A stretch of DNA of 63,430 nucleotides from Clostridiales bacterium UBA3953. Its GTDB lineage: Bacteria > Bacillota > Clostridia > Oscillospirales > CAG-272. The DNA lies in the NCBI GenBank assembly GCA_002385415.1, contig DGDL01000016.1:1-63430 (forward strand). Reading direction: 5' to 3'. Below the pieces are notes generated by a model. The model had not been told where the DNA came from. It ran no database searches and saw only the letters and a list, made by a program, of their open reading frames with translations. The translations under genes and the position numbers were made by a program. Of the stretch, positions 28,229-38,503 are shown piece after piece (positions within the stretch are counted from its first letter, which is position 1; the number at the start of each line of letters is the position of its first letter).

Positions 28229-29728
28229 TCAGTCTTTGCCTTCAGAGTCGATGGGTTCGCCTTTTATGGCTCGGACAGTGTCGTTTAGCACCTTTTGGAT
28301 TTGGTCGCTGTAGGTGTAGAAAAGCCCCGAGCCGTTGATTGTATAATAGCAACGCCGCGTGGAATAGGGATAGAACTTGTACTCGATTGTCTCTCCGGCG
28401 TCGGTCACGACTGTCATGGTCATCATGCACTCGAGCTCAGAAGTGTCGGTTACAGGCGAATAATCCTCCATGTGGATGGACAAGAGAACCTTGTAAAGCT
28501 GCCTGAAGTTCTGCACATCGTCGGGGTCAAACGGCCTTCCGGTGCTCTTCGGCGTGACTATAAGGTCTTGGCCTTCGCCCTCAAGTATGAAGGTTTCGTC
28601 GATGTCTTGACCCTGGATTCTGATTTGAGCGATGTCGTTGATGTTCTTGAAGAACACGGGACGGTCGACGAATTTTATAATATCCCAATCGAGGAAAGAC
28701 ACGTCGCTGTAGCTCAGAGTCGCGACGAGGTTGAACAGCTGCGAATAGGCATACATGAGACCGTTTTCGTCGGGCTCGCTGAAATAAATGGCACTTGTAA
28801 TGTCTTTATAGGTGTAGACAATCCCATAAGCAGGGTCGTCGATATTGATTCCGTATGCCTCGAGCAGGTGGTCGGGGTCGATTGGCTCGTTTGTGCGGCC
28901 CAGCTCGACACATGCGATACCATAGAAGGCAGCCAATTTTTGCAGTATGGTATCGTAGTTTGTGGTGTTGGGCGTGTAATCGGCAGGGTAGAGCATTATA
29001 TACTGGCCGATTGCCGCCGCGTCGTTCATTTCCTCACCGGTAAGAAAGTCAATCCATACCACGACATCGCCGTCTCGATAAAGATAGAAGTCGTCGACCA
29101 TGTAATAGGTTGCGGTCGAGAGCGGATACGAAAGAATGGGCAGGATGATATCGGTAAGGTTTGCAAGCACCGTTTTGGCAATCGAGGTATCGAGCACATA
29201 AACGGCGTTTCGCCCCTTATATGCGGCGTAATAACCGCCACCGGTCGGGATTTTGTCGCCGATATGAACCGTGTGGGTGGTTCCGTCGCGCTTTGTGATT
29301 GTGTACCACGCGTAATCGTCGTTTGGACCCAGCCCGTAAGCGCTCATTTCCTCGTCGGTGAAATCATAGCCGACGCGGGTGATGGAAAGCGTGTAGCCTG
29401 TGCTGACCACAAGGCTGGAAAGCGCTTCAAGGCTGTATGGGGCGCCTTCGTAACCTTTGATATAAAACTCCTCGTCGTCGCCGCGGTACATTGTATACGA
29501 GCCGTGGGAATTGTGGACCTCTATCGACTGCATGTCGGCTTTTTCAAGGTGCTCCATCATCAGTATCCTGTTATTTGTGCCGAGCACCTCGCCTTCAAGC
29601 AGTACGGGAACCTCGTCGTCGGTTACAAGCGACGCGATAAGCGGTTTAACTACGGCGAAATAGGCAACAACACAGGCGACAAATGCTACCGCGCAGATTA
29701 TAATTGTCCTAATTTGACGCTTAATCAT
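28229..29728 (-). CDS. DUF4340-domain protein (GldG-associated)
   Basis: 499 aa. One N-terminal TM helix. Position immediately after a GldG-like gene with a 4-nt overlap, as in known ABC-2/GldG/DUF4340 clusters. Confidence 0.65.
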   Translation of the reverse strand: MIKRQIRTIIICAVAFVACVVAYFAVVKPLIASLVTDDEVPVLLEGEVLGTNNRILMMEHLEKADMQSIEVHNSHGSYTMYRGDDEEFYIKGYEGAPYSLEALSSLVVSTGYTLSITRVGYDFTDEEMSAYGLGPNDDYAWYTITKRDGTTHTVHIGDKIPTGGGYYAAYKGRNAVYVLDTSIAKTVLANLTDIILPILSYPLSTATYYMVDDFYLYRDGDVVVWIDFLTGEEMNDAAAIGQYIMLYPADYTPNTTNYDTILQKLAAFYGIACVELGRTNEPIDPDHLLEAYGINIDDPAYGIVYTYKDITSAIYFSEPDENGLMYAYSQLFNLVATLSYSDVSFLDWDIIKFVDRPVFFKNINDIAQIRIQGQDIDETFILEGEGQDLIVTPKSTGRPFDPDDVQNFRQLYKVLLSIHMEDYSPVTDTSELECMMTMTVVTDAGETIEYKFYPYSTRRCYYTINGSGLFYTYSDQIQKVLNDTVRAIKGEPIDSEGKD

Positions 29729-31257
29729 AAGTGACGTCTCCTCAGGTACACGACACAGCCGGCTACAAGCACACAGGCCGGCAGGAATGCCGTCAGCAGT
29801 ATTGACCAGGTGTTGGCTTCCGCTGTCGTGAGGTCAAGCGCGGTTTGGTCAAATACCTTGAAGTCGATGTCAATCGGAACGGTCTCCTTGCCGAAGGCTT
29901 TCATGGCTGCGTAGATAATATCGCCGTTGCCATAAGCGGGGTTGCCTACATACTTGTCGTCGGTAAACGACTTTGTACCCGCGACCAGCACATAGTTGTA
30001 TATGGGGATATTGTTTACCATGCGCGTTTCTCGGCTGATTGTCATCAGGTTATAGACGCCCGCAACGCCTTCGGCATCCATCGGTGCGTCAAGTTCGGTC
30101 GCGATGGCGGTCTTATCCGACGAGGTTTGGAGCACTACCGAGGTGTCGCGCGAGTCTTTTCTGTCATAAAGCAGCCTGACAGGACGCGCGTAATTGACAA
30201 TGGCTTTGGGCGGCGTTTCAAGTGCCCACAGAGTCTTTGTCAGCGACGAGCCGAGACCCTCTCTGGTATACTCGGCAACAATTTCGGTGCCGTCCACCGA
30301 AAGTGAGTTGGCTTTGTCGCGCACGAGCATGCGGTCAAACGCTATGCCCCACTCGGCAAGAAATTCCTCAAGTTCGGGCAGCTCGCGTACCGTCGCGTCG
30401 AGGAACACCATCAGATTGCCGTAATTGTCCAGCAGTGCGTCGATTTTGGCAATCTCGTTGACCGAGTCTTTGAAGCCCAAAAAGTCGGTGCGCGGGTTGT
30501 TTATTACAACGACTTTTGCCGAGCTGTCCATGTCCTCTTTGGACAAATCTATCTGGCGAACGTCAAATCCGGCGTCCTGGAACATCTCGTATATTTTAGA
30601 GCCTTCGACCGACTCGCCGTGGCCGATTGTAAAGTATGCAATCGGCCTGTCGCCTATCATCTGCAGTATAGCCGAGGTGATTTTGAACTCGGCGTTGAGC
30701 GCGAACACTTTACCGGTATCCCTGGCGAAGGTGTAAAAAGCCTCGAGTGCAAACTTGCGGAAATCGCTGCCGTTTTCAATTATGACGTCGGTGGTTTTAA
30801 CAGTGGTTTCGGTGGTTGTCTTGTAGGGGTTTGCAAGCGCGGGGTGTTTGATTATATCTATATAATCGACGGTGATAAAATCAAACTCATGCGCATACTG
30901 CTGCGCCATGTTGTGTACAAGTTTAGTTTCGAGCGATTCTTCGAGCTTGTCCGGGTCCTGGCAGAAAATAATGCGAATATCCAGGTCCTCTTTGTGTCTG
31001 AAAGGGTCGAGCAGCATCCGCGTGGCGTCGGAGATGTTGAACATCTTTTCTTTGGTCATGTCAACAAACCAGAGATAGTTTGTCGCCAGAGCCGAGAAAA
31101 TGACGTTTATCACAACAACCAAAGCCACAAACGATATTGTAAGGGCTGTCGCGGTGGCTCCGAATTTAAATTTAGGATTTTTCCAGAAGGAGCGCTTTTT
31201 TTGCGCGCTCGGAATATATGCAGCCGACGATGCGGCGTTTTGCGGTTGATTGTTCAT
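29725..31257 (-). CDS. GldG-family ABC transporter auxiliary protein
   Basis: 510 aa. N- and C-terminal TM helices flank a large extracytoplasmic domain. Synteny with the ABC-2 permease and ATPase. Confidence 0.7.
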   Translation of the reverse strand: MNNQPQNAASSAAYIPSAQKKRSFWKNPKFKFGATATALTISFVALVVVINVIFSALATNYLWFVDMTKEKMFNISDATRMLLDPFRHKEDLDIRIIFCQDPDKLEESLETKLVHNMAQQYAHEFDFITVDYIDIIKHPALANPYKTTTETTVKTTDVIIENGSDFRKFALEAFYTFARDTGKVFALNAEFKITSAILQMIGDRPIAYFTIGHGESVEGSKIYEMFQDAGFDVRQIDLSKEDMDSSAKVVVINNPRTDFLGFKDSVNEIAKIDALLDNYGNLMVFLDATVRELPELEEFLAEWGIAFDRMLVRDKANSLSVDGTEIVAEYTREGLGSSLTKTLWALETPPKAIVNYARPVRLLYDRKDSRDTSVVLQTSSDKTAIATELDAPMDAEGVAGVYNLMTISRETRMVNNIPIYNYVLVAGTKSFTDDKYVGNPAYGNGDIIYAAMKAFGKETVPIDIDFKVFDQTALDLTTAEANTWSILLTAFLPACVLVAGCVVYLRRRHL

Positions 31258-31302
31258 ATTTTCAGTCTCCCACTCAGTACTAGGCGTAATTTCCGATGCG
31301 GT

Positions 31303-32010
31303 TTATTCCCAACGGCGCTTTTCATAAATGCGCACCGTTAAAAACAGGAACACTCCGGTGATAGAAAAGTAATACAGTACGGCGTTGAAGTCGAATACTC
31401 CGTGGGTGAAATTCCCGAAGCGGCTGTAAACGGAGATCCAGCTCAGCACCGCGCGGATTGCATAAACGTCTATATACTGGTTGAGAAAGCTGGCAAGCAG
31501 GAAAATCAGTATCACCGCAATAGTGCCGACGGCGGCGATAATCTGGTTTTGGGTCAGCGACGAGATGAAAATCCCGACTGAAACAAATGCTGCGCCGACA
31601 AGCAGAATGGCGATTGAGTAGCCGAAAAGCTGTCCGGTGTTGGGCGTGCCGAATTTGTAAAGTGCATAGTAGTTTAGACAGGATGCAAGGTATGTGCAGG
31701 CAAACATAGTGTATGCGGCAAGGAATTTGCCGAGCACCATTCCGAACAGGCTGACCGGCGATGTGAGAAGCAGCTGCTCTGTGCGGCTGCGGCGCTCTTC
31801 GCTGAATGTTTTCATGGTCAAAAGCGGTATGACTATGGAAAACACAAACAGCATCATTGTAAAGTAGCTTGCCACGTCGCTGTCGATACCCGCCTGAAGC
31901 GTCGAAAGCGAGAAAATAAATCCGCTTACCGCCAGAAACACGCCGATAAAAACATATCCGATGGGCGATGTAAAGTATGAGCGCATCTCGCGTTTGAAAA
32001 TTGCCAGCAT
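31303..32010 (-). CDS. ABC-2 type transporter permease
   Basis: 235 aa, six TM helices, begins MLAIFKREMRSYFTSPIGYVF, typical of GldF/ABC-2 permeases. Confidence 0.85.
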   Translation of the reverse strand: MLAIFKREMRSYFTSPIGYVFIGVFLAVSGFIFSLSTLQAGIDSDVASYFTMMLFVFSIVIPLLTMKTFSEERRSRTEQLLLTSPVSLFGMVLGKFLAAYTMFACTYLASCLNYYALYKFGTPNTGQLFGYSIAILLVGAAFVSVGIFISSLTQNQIIAAVGTIAVILIFLLASFLNQYIDVYAIRAVLSWISVYSRFGNFTHGVFDFNAVLYYFSITGVFLFLTVRIYEKRRWE

Positions 32011-32013
32011 ATG

Positions 32014-33018
32014 TTATACACCCCCTGCTGAACTGCGTTTTCTGACGGTTTTTTTCCGGGCTTTGGTGGTCGGTTCTTTGGCGTCGACGAGCGACAGGAA
32101 CACGTCCTCCAGCCCTGCACCGACGGCTTCAAGCCCGATAATTGGATAGTTGTTTTTCGCAAGTATCGAGAAAAGCGGCTTGCGGATGTCGACGCCCGCT
32201 TCGCTTTCGATTAGATAGGTAATGCTGTCGGCGTCGTGCTGGCCAATTGCTTCGACCGACGTCACGCCCGGCTGGGCGCGCAGAAGCGAAAGCACTTCTT
32301 TCTGCGGGCCGCAAATTTTAGCATTCAATCGGCGATTGCCCTCAACCGCGGTGGCGATGTCCTCGGTACGCTTGTCGGCGACGAGTTTGCCGCGGTTTAT
32401 TATAATCACGCGGTCGCAAACTGCCTGAACCTCCGACAAAATGTGCGTGCTGAGTATTATCGTATGGTCAAGTCCCAGAGTGCGGATAAGGTTGCGTACC
32501 TCGACAATTTGGCGGGGGTCAAGACCGATGGTAGGCTCGTCGAGCACGAGTATCTTGGGATTTCCGACAAGAGCCTGCGCGATGCCGACGCGCTGACGGT
32601 AACCTTTGGACAGGTTTCCTATCAAACGCTTGTAAACGTCGGCGATGCGCACGACCTCGCATATCTCCATGATGTGCTTTTTGCGGTTGAAAGTGCACTT
32701 TTTAAGGTCATAGACAAAATTCAGGTAATCTTCCACGGTCATATCGCTGTAAAGCGGCGGTTGCTCGGGAAGATAACCTATCATTTTTTTGACCTCAAAT
32801 GCATGGTCGATAATATCCAGCCCGCCGACCTCGACAGTTCCGGAGGTGTAGGACAAATATCCCGTGAGAATATTCATCGTTGTGGATTTTCCCGCACCGT
32901 TCGGGCCGAGAAAACCGACTATCTCACCTTCGCCCACCTTGAAGCTGATGTCGTTTACGGCGTATTTGTTGCCGTAACGCTTCACCAGATGGTCGATGTT
33001 AATCATACAGGTCTGCAT
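32014..33018 (-). CDS. ABC transporter ATP-binding protein (ABC-2/GldA-like) with C-terminal extension
   Basis: 334 aa. GPNGAGKST, LSKGYRQR, ILVLDEPT. Confidence 0.92.
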   Translation of the reverse strand: MQTCMINIDHLVKRYGNKYAVNDISFKVGEGEIVGFLGPNGAGKSTTMNILTGYLSYTSGTVEVGGLDIIDHAFEVKKMIGYLPEQPPLYSDMTVEDYLNFVYDLKKCTFNRKKHIMEICEVVRIADVYKRLIGNLSKGYRQRVGIAQALVGNPKILVLDEPTIGLDPRQIVEVRNLIRTLGLDHTIILSTHILSEVQAVCDRVIIINRGKLVADKRTEDIATAVEGNRRLNAKICGPQKEVLSLLRAQPGVTSVEAIGQHDADSITYLIESEAGVDIRKPLFSILAKNNYPIIGLEAVGAGLEDVFLSLVDAKEPTTKARKKTVRKRSSAGGV

Positions 33019-33244
33019 TCGGTGACTCCAGTTTTGTATTAATTTTATAAAATCGTCAAAAATACTGTCTAAAAAAGGCTATATCGATTGGTATATTGAC
33101 GAGTATATCACGGAGTTATAAATATTTTTTGAACAGATACTGAAAAAGAGGATTTTTTAGCGCAATTTCACACAAAATTCAGATTGCCGTCACACAAGCG
33201 CTGTAAATAATCCACCGTCGTTTTCAGGCGGCGAAACCGCGTTT

Positions 33245-34147
33245 TCAGCATCCCGACGGATATGGCTGAGGCGTCGATGTCGGGCCGAGCACCTGCAGCC
33301 TGTCTGGGCAGCCCTCGCAAGGTACAAAACGGGCGCGGTCGATACACACGCGGCGGAGCTGCACACGCTTTTCGTCGCGGTGAACGTGATATATAATAAA
33401 CCACTCGCTGCCGTCGGGTGAGGGAGCAAATGAGTGGTGTCCGGTGCCGTAAAGGCCGTTGCCTGCCTTTAGTATCGGATTGCCCGGGTATTTTTTAAAC
33501 TCGCCAAGCGGAGAATCGGATATGGCATAGCCGATGGCATATTCCTGTGCCGTATAGCCGGAACCTGAATATGTAAGATAGTAAATGCCGTTGCGGTACA
33601 CCATATATGGCCCTTCGGTGACTTCGCCGTGATGCTTTTCCCAATCCTCGGTCGGATAAAGCAGGCGCTTTTCGGTCGAATAGTCGGGCGTGACTATATC
33701 GCTCTGCATGCGCATGCCGTAAATGCCGTACGGGCGGCCTTCCCGCCATGAAACATAGTAAAGGTAGACGGTGCCGTCTGTGTCCACAAACCAGTGGCCG
33801 TCTATGCTTCGCTCAAACAGCCAGTTTGGCTGCGGAATAAACGGCCCGAGCGGCGAGTCGGCGACTGCTATGCCGAGATGCTCGTCGACAGAGGCTATCA
33901 TATAGAACTTGCCGCCGTACTCCATGACCTCGGGCGCCCAATACCAGCGCGAAAGACCCCACGCCGACTCAAGACATACGCCGGCGTTTTGCCAGTCCAC
34001 AAGGTTATCTGATACGAAAACCTCGTAGTTTGTATTTCTGGGGCTGGTCGAATAAAGGTAATACTTGCCCTGCCAATACAAAACGAATGGGTCGGCATAA
34101 CCGTCGAGCACAGGGTTTACATAGGTATGACGTTCGGTTTTGTCCAT
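33245..34147 (-). CDS. glycoside hydrolase family 43 protein
   Basis: 300 aa. NPVLDGYADPFVLYWQGKYYLYST, WAPEV and five-bladed propeller repeat pattern. No signal peptide. Confidence 0.8.
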   Translation of the reverse strand: MDKTERHTYVNPVLDGYADPFVLYWQGKYYLYSTSPRNTNYEVFVSDNLVDWQNAGVCLESAWGLSRWYWAPEVMEYGGKFYMIASVDEHLGIAVADSPLGPFIPQPNWLFERSIDGHWFVDTDGTVYLYYVSWREGRPYGIYGMRMQSDIVTPDYSTEKRLLYPTEDWEKHHGEVTEGPYMVYRNGIYYLTYSGSGYTAQEYAIGYAISDSPLGEFKKYPGNPILKAGNGLYGTGHHSFAPSPDGSEWFIIYHVHRDEKRVQLRRVCIDRARFVPCEGCPDRLQVLGPTSTPQPYPSGC

Positions 34148-34273
34148 GGCTTTCGGACATCTCCTTTACAGTAAATTGCGGCACCTGCCGGGTAGCCTGC
34201 AAGGCGCGAAACGCCCAAAATAACGTTTGGGGCGTTTGCCCGGCCGGCAGGCGTTATACGATGTAAAGATACT

Positions 34274-35569
34274 TCAGCTGCGCGACTGTGCCGGCGGCGC
34301 ATACGGCAGTGTTGTGACAAATACAATACCGTCGCCGCGCCGCTTTGCAGCAATAGTGCCGCGGTTGGTTTCGGCAATAGATTTCGCAATAGACAGCCCA
34401 AGACCATAGCCGCCCGTTTCGCGCGCTCTGGACGAGTCGGCGCGGTAAAACCGGTCAAACAGCCTGTCGAGCGGCTCGCCGGCCAGCTTGTCGATGTCGT
34501 CTGCGGTGTTGTAAATCTCAAGCACCGCCCAGCGTCCGCGTCGGAAAAGTGATGCTGAGACGTGTCCCTGGTCGCCCGCGTACTTGAATGCATTGTCAAG
34601 CAATACCGATACAAGCCGCCTTATAGCCGTCTCGTCGCCGCGGCAGCCTACTCCCGGGGCTATTGCCATGTCAAATTTCAAACCGCGAGTGATAGCGACG
34701 GCTTTATATGGCTCGGCAAGCTCGCCCACAACCTCGCTGAGCGAGAAAACCGAGGAGGGGACAGCCGAGCTTTGCTCGTCAAGCCTCGAAAGTGTCAAAA
34801 GGTCGTCGATTAGCACGCTCATGCGCTTTGTCTGGTTTTGTATGCTTGCGGTCCATTCGTTTTTGCCGCCGGTATAGCCGAGCACCTCGACGTTTGCCGC
34901 GATGATGGCAAGCGGGGTTTTAAGCTCGTGGCTTGCGTCGGTGATAAATCTGCGCTGTTTTTCGATGCTTTCGGCAACGGGTTTTACCGCGCGGCGGGAA
35001 AATACCGATATGAGCACAAATATGACCGCAAGACCGCTTATGCCGATAGCAAGCGACGCGCCGAGCACGCGACCCACCGCCGCGAGCCTTTCGCGGCAGT
35101 CGAGGAAAATTATCAGCTTTCCGTATGGCTTTTCGGTGACAAGATATTTGTATACATCTATATAGCCGGTTTTGCGCCCGCTCTCCAGTACTTTCAGGGC
35201 AAGCTTTTGTGCGCCCGACGAGGTGAGCGCGGCTATATGACCTGTGTCAAGCTGGAATATCTTGTCGGTAAAATCGACTCGCGCCAGAAAATAGCGCGTC
35301 ATAAACCGGCTTTCCTCGCTGAGCCCCGCAAGCCGCAGTATTGTTTCGTCGCTGTAGAGGCTTTCGCCGTTTTGCTGTTTGTCCTTTTTATCGGTCTCGT
35401 AAGCGGGGAATTTGCCCTCATTTTCGGAAAGCAGAGTGAGCAGCATATCAATCTGTTTGTTGGTTGAATATAGGTTTGCCAGATTGATGCCTCCGATTAT
35501 GACGAGCATAACAAAGAAAACGGACAGCGTCGCAATAAATATAAATTTTCGCTGAAGCTTCTTAATCAT
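34274..35569 (-). CDS. two-component sensor histidine kinase
   Basis: 431 aa. Two TM helices. H-box SHELKTPL, N-box LLDNAFKY, G-box GGYGLGLSIAK. Confidence 0.92.
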   Translation of the reverse strand: MIKKLQRKFIFIATLSVFFVMLVIIGGINLANLYSTNKQIDMLLTLLSENEGKFPAYETDKKDKQQNGESLYSDETILRLAGLSEESRFMTRYFLARVDFTDKIFQLDTGHIAALTSSGAQKLALKVLESGRKTGYIDVYKYLVTEKPYGKLIIFLDCRERLAAVGRVLGASLAIGISGLAVIFVLISVFSRRAVKPVAESIEKQRRFITDASHELKTPLAIIAANVEVLGYTGGKNEWTASIQNQTKRMSVLIDDLLTLSRLDEQSSAVPSSVFSLSEVVGELAEPYKAVAITRGLKFDMAIAPGVGCRGDETAIRRLVSVLLDNAFKYAGDQGHVSASLFRRGRWAVLEIYNTADDIDKLAGEPLDRLFDRFYRADSSRARETGGYGLGLSIAKSIAETNRGTIAAKRRGDGIVFVTTLPYAPPAQSRS

Positions 35570-35575
35570 GGGCGC

Positions 35576-36262
35576 TCACGCCTGCTCCGGCTTTATCTCA
35601 AGACAGTAGCCGACGCCACGCTGGGCCTTTATCTCAACGTTTGCGCCGAGCGCGGCGAGTTTTTTGCGCAGGTGAGAAATGTAAACCCACACCACGCCTA
35701 TTTCGGCTTCGGAGTCGTATCCCCATACATGCGACATAAACTGCTCGGTGGACACAATCCGCTGAGGGTTTGACATCATCAGCTCGAGCATCTGAAACTC
35801 GCGGTTGCCCAGCCGGCATGATGAGCCGCCCTCGACCGAAAGCTCGAGCGTTTCTCGGTTAAGGCGTATGTTGCCGTATTTCAGCTCGCCCGGTACATAC
35901 TGCGATCTCCGCCGCATCATGGCCCTTATTCTTGCCAAAAGCTCGCCGGTATCAAACGGCTTTGTCAGATAGTCGTCGGCGCCGGCGTCCAGCCCCGTTA
36001 TGCGGTCGGCGACATCGCTCTTTGCGGTCAGCAGCAGTACGGGCACATCGATGCCCCGCTTGCGCAGCTCGGTGAGCACCGATACGCCGTCGCGGCGGGG
36101 CAGCATAATGTCAAGGATAACTCCGTCATAATCGCCGCTGGCCGCGTAGTCAAGCGCGTCTTGACCGTCGTAAACCGCATCCACAGAGTAATTGTTGTGT
36201 CGCAAAATAGCACAAAGCGCCGCGGAAAGTTCGCGCTCGTCTTCGGCAATCAGCAGCTTCAC
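35576..36262 (-). CDS. OmpR-family response regulator
   Basis: 228 aa. Receiver domain (LIAEDE, ILDIMLP, LLLTAKS) plus winged-helix output domain. Confidence 0.93.
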   Translation of the reverse strand: MKLLIAEDERELSAALCAILRHNNYSVDAVYDGQDALDYAASGDYDGVILDIMLPRRDGVSVLTELRKRGIDVPVLLLTAKSDVADRITGLDAGADDYLTKPFDTGELLARIRAMMRRRSQYVPGELKYGNIRLNRETLELSVEGGSSCRLGNREFQMLELMMSNPQRIVSTEQFMSHVWGYDSEAEIGVVWVYISHLRKKLAALGANVEIKAQRGVGYCLEIKPEQA

Positions 36263-36290
36263 GGCATATCCTCCTTGTCAAAGGGTAAAT

Positions 36291-38267
36291 TTATACTGTT
36301 TTTCTCGGTATCAGCACTATTTTTTCCAAACTGACCGCCTTTATGGGGCAGTCAGACAAATCAAACGAAAAGATCACGCGGGTGCAGTGTTTTTCCGGCA
36401 GCTCAAACGAAACAAAATACCCGTCGCGGTCGGGGTCGGACGAGCCTTCCGGCACAGCATCGAACCAAAGGGTTTCATCATCACCGTATCCAAACCCGAC
36501 TTTAACTTTTGCCTCTTTGTTTCCTATTATATCAAATGTCATCCCGGAATAATTATACATGTCGAGCCGGTTTGCGGTATAAGAGGGCGCATAGACTTCC
36601 GCTTTGCCGTCCGAGCCGGCTATAATGCGGAGGGCGCCTGTTTCAAGTGTGAAAACATTGTCGCGGCAAATCTGGGTGCCGGGCGACGCAACCCAGGTCG
36701 GGCGCGGATATGCGTCGATTTTGCGGAAATCGCTCGGGTCTACATAGGCAACGACAAATACCGAGTCGCGGTCGGTGTGCAACCAGGGCTTCGGCTCGAT
36801 GCGGACGGCGCCTTCGCGGTCGGTCATAAATGGCGCGACGGGCATCCCGCCACAATAGACCCTGCCCGACATCTCGAGACAGGAGACCATGTATGCCGCG
36901 TGAACCGGATTTTCGATGTGCGGGTGTGATAGCACTACAGACGAGCCGCATATCTCGGCGTTTGCCTCGACATAAAGACCGCTTTCGTCGGCTATGTAAA
37001 ATCCGCGGATTTTGCTGTCCGTGCAGGTGACAGGGCTGTTGCCGCTGTTGAAGCGCACCGTCAGGCTGCCTTGCTCGCGCAATACCGAGCTCATTGTCAC
37101 CGCTGTGCGAATACCCTCTCCGCCGTAGCAGCGATTAAAGGCAAGCGTGCCCATGCGCTCCCCGATTTCATATTTGTTTGTCGGATGAATCGGGTGATTC
37201 TGCATGCCGAATGCCCATACAGGGGAGAGATCGTATACGGTTACAATGCCGAACTTATCAGGCTCGGCTTCGGTGGCATCGGTAAACGCCTGGTTGAGAT
37301 AACCGAAGGTGCACTCGTCTTCGCTGTAAAGCCACGGATATATCTGCGAACAGATCATTTGATAGGTGATGCCGTCGGGCGCAAAGCGCTCGCTGTATAC
37401 ATTGTGGTATGCCCGAAGTGCGGCAAGGTAATATGCGCCGCTTTCACGCGAGATAACGTTCGACTCGCCCTGATACCACAGCGTTCCGCGCATGCGCATG
37501 CCGCGCAGGGGCGCAACTTTAAGATTGAAAAGGGCACAGGGCTGGGTGTAGTTGGCCCATTCGTGGGTGTTGAACTTCTCTTCGGTGGGGAGACGACCGA
37601 TTTTGTCGATATAGCTCTGGATTTCTCCGCCGTCCATGACAGACCCGCGGGGCAGCCACGCCTCGATTGCGGTGCCGCCAACCGATACGTTGAGAAATCC
37701 TACAGGAACCTCTTTACCCGCTTGCGTGAGAAGCTCGTAAAGTTGTGTCACGGCCGCGCAGGCGCATGCCGAAACACCGTCAAGTGCGGCGGCTTCGTCT
37801 GCGGTAATCCATTTGCCGGCAAGGTCGGCGCTTTCATCGAACGGGAACTTGCCGTCCATTGCAAGGCCGCCAAGCCAGTCCTGAGCGAATATGCGAATCT
37901 TTTTGCCGGCCATGCGGGCGTAAAGCTCGCCGCGGCTGCGCATAAATGAGTTGGGCATTTCCATGTTGGACTGTCCCGATGCAAGCCAAAGCTCGCCGAA
38001 CAGAATGTCGCGTATCTCTCTGCTTTCTTCGGAGTCGGAAATAACAAGGTCGTATGTATCCAATGATGCCGGTGGCGCCTGGAGCGGCAGAATGAACGAA
38101 CCGTCGCTGTCGGCGTTGGTTTCAAATCGGCAAGAGTCTCCTCCGCGCTTAGTCAGCACTGCTGTTACCTTGCTGTTTGGCGCTGCTTTTCCGGGAATCT
38201 CAAAGCTTGTCCCGCCCTGAAACAGCGCTCCCGATGAAAAAACGGACGGCAGAAAAATCATGGCCAA
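36291..38267 (-). CDS. sialate O-acetylesterase-like carbohydrate esterase (SGNH/DUF303 type)
   Basis: 658 aa. WLASGQSNMEMP catalytic-serine motif and LWYQGESN. No signal peptide seen. Confidence 0.65.
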   Translation of the reverse strand: MAMIFLPSVFSSGALFQGGTSFEIPGKAAPNSKVTAVLTKRGGDSCRFETNADSDGSFILPLQAPPASLDTYDLVISDSEESREIRDILFGELWLASGQSNMEMPNSFMRSRGELYARMAGKKIRIFAQDWLGGLAMDGKFPFDESADLAGKWITADEAAALDGVSACACAAVTQLYELLTQAGKEVPVGFLNVSVGGTAIEAWLPRGSVMDGGEIQSYIDKIGRLPTEEKFNTHEWANYTQPCALFNLKVAPLRGMRMRGTLWYQGESNVISRESGAYYLAALRAYHNVYSERFAPDGITYQMICSQIYPWLYSEDECTFGYLNQAFTDATEAEPDKFGIVTVYDLSPVWAFGMQNHPIHPTNKYEIGERMGTLAFNRCYGGEGIRTAVTMSSVLREQGSLTVRFNSGNSPVTCTDSKIRGFYIADESGLYVEANAEICGSSVVLSHPHIENPVHAAYMVSCLEMSGRVYCGGMPVAPFMTDREGAVRIEPKPWLHTDRDSVFVVAYVDPSDFRKIDAYPRPTWVASPGTQICRDNVFTLETGALRIIAGSDGKAEVYAPSYTANRLDMYNYSGMTFDIIGNKEAKVKVGFGYGDDETLWFDAVPEGSSDPDRDGYFVSFELPEKHCTRVIFSFDLSDCPIKAVSLEKIVLIPRKTV

Positions 38268-38503
38268 CTCTCCAAATTGTTTATATAAATTTTGTGTATG
38301 ACGACCTCTGTCGTCGATGTGCCATTTATAAAGTTATTATATCATTCTAAGGTCATTTTTACAAGACATGGCGAATTATATATGTAATTTTTTCGCTTTG
38401 GGCGGTATTAACTTGTGAGCAAAGCATAAAAGTGATCCGGCTTGTTGAAATAAGCCGGGTGTGCGTATATAATATTGTTTTAGAACTACTCGGAGGACCG
38501 GCA

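Noticed and set aside
28295-29734. Very long antisense ORFs opposite real genes: 479 aa here, and also 38699-40027, 49424-50386, 37071-37949, 32236-33042, 30619-31341, 62525-63409 and 61905-62699.
   Set aside because: Each lies exactly opposite a gene with clear family motifs. Their translations are low-information (V/H/D/F/R-rich) with no motifs, RBS or terminators. This is the shadow-ORF behaviour expected from codon bias in moderately GC-rich genomes.
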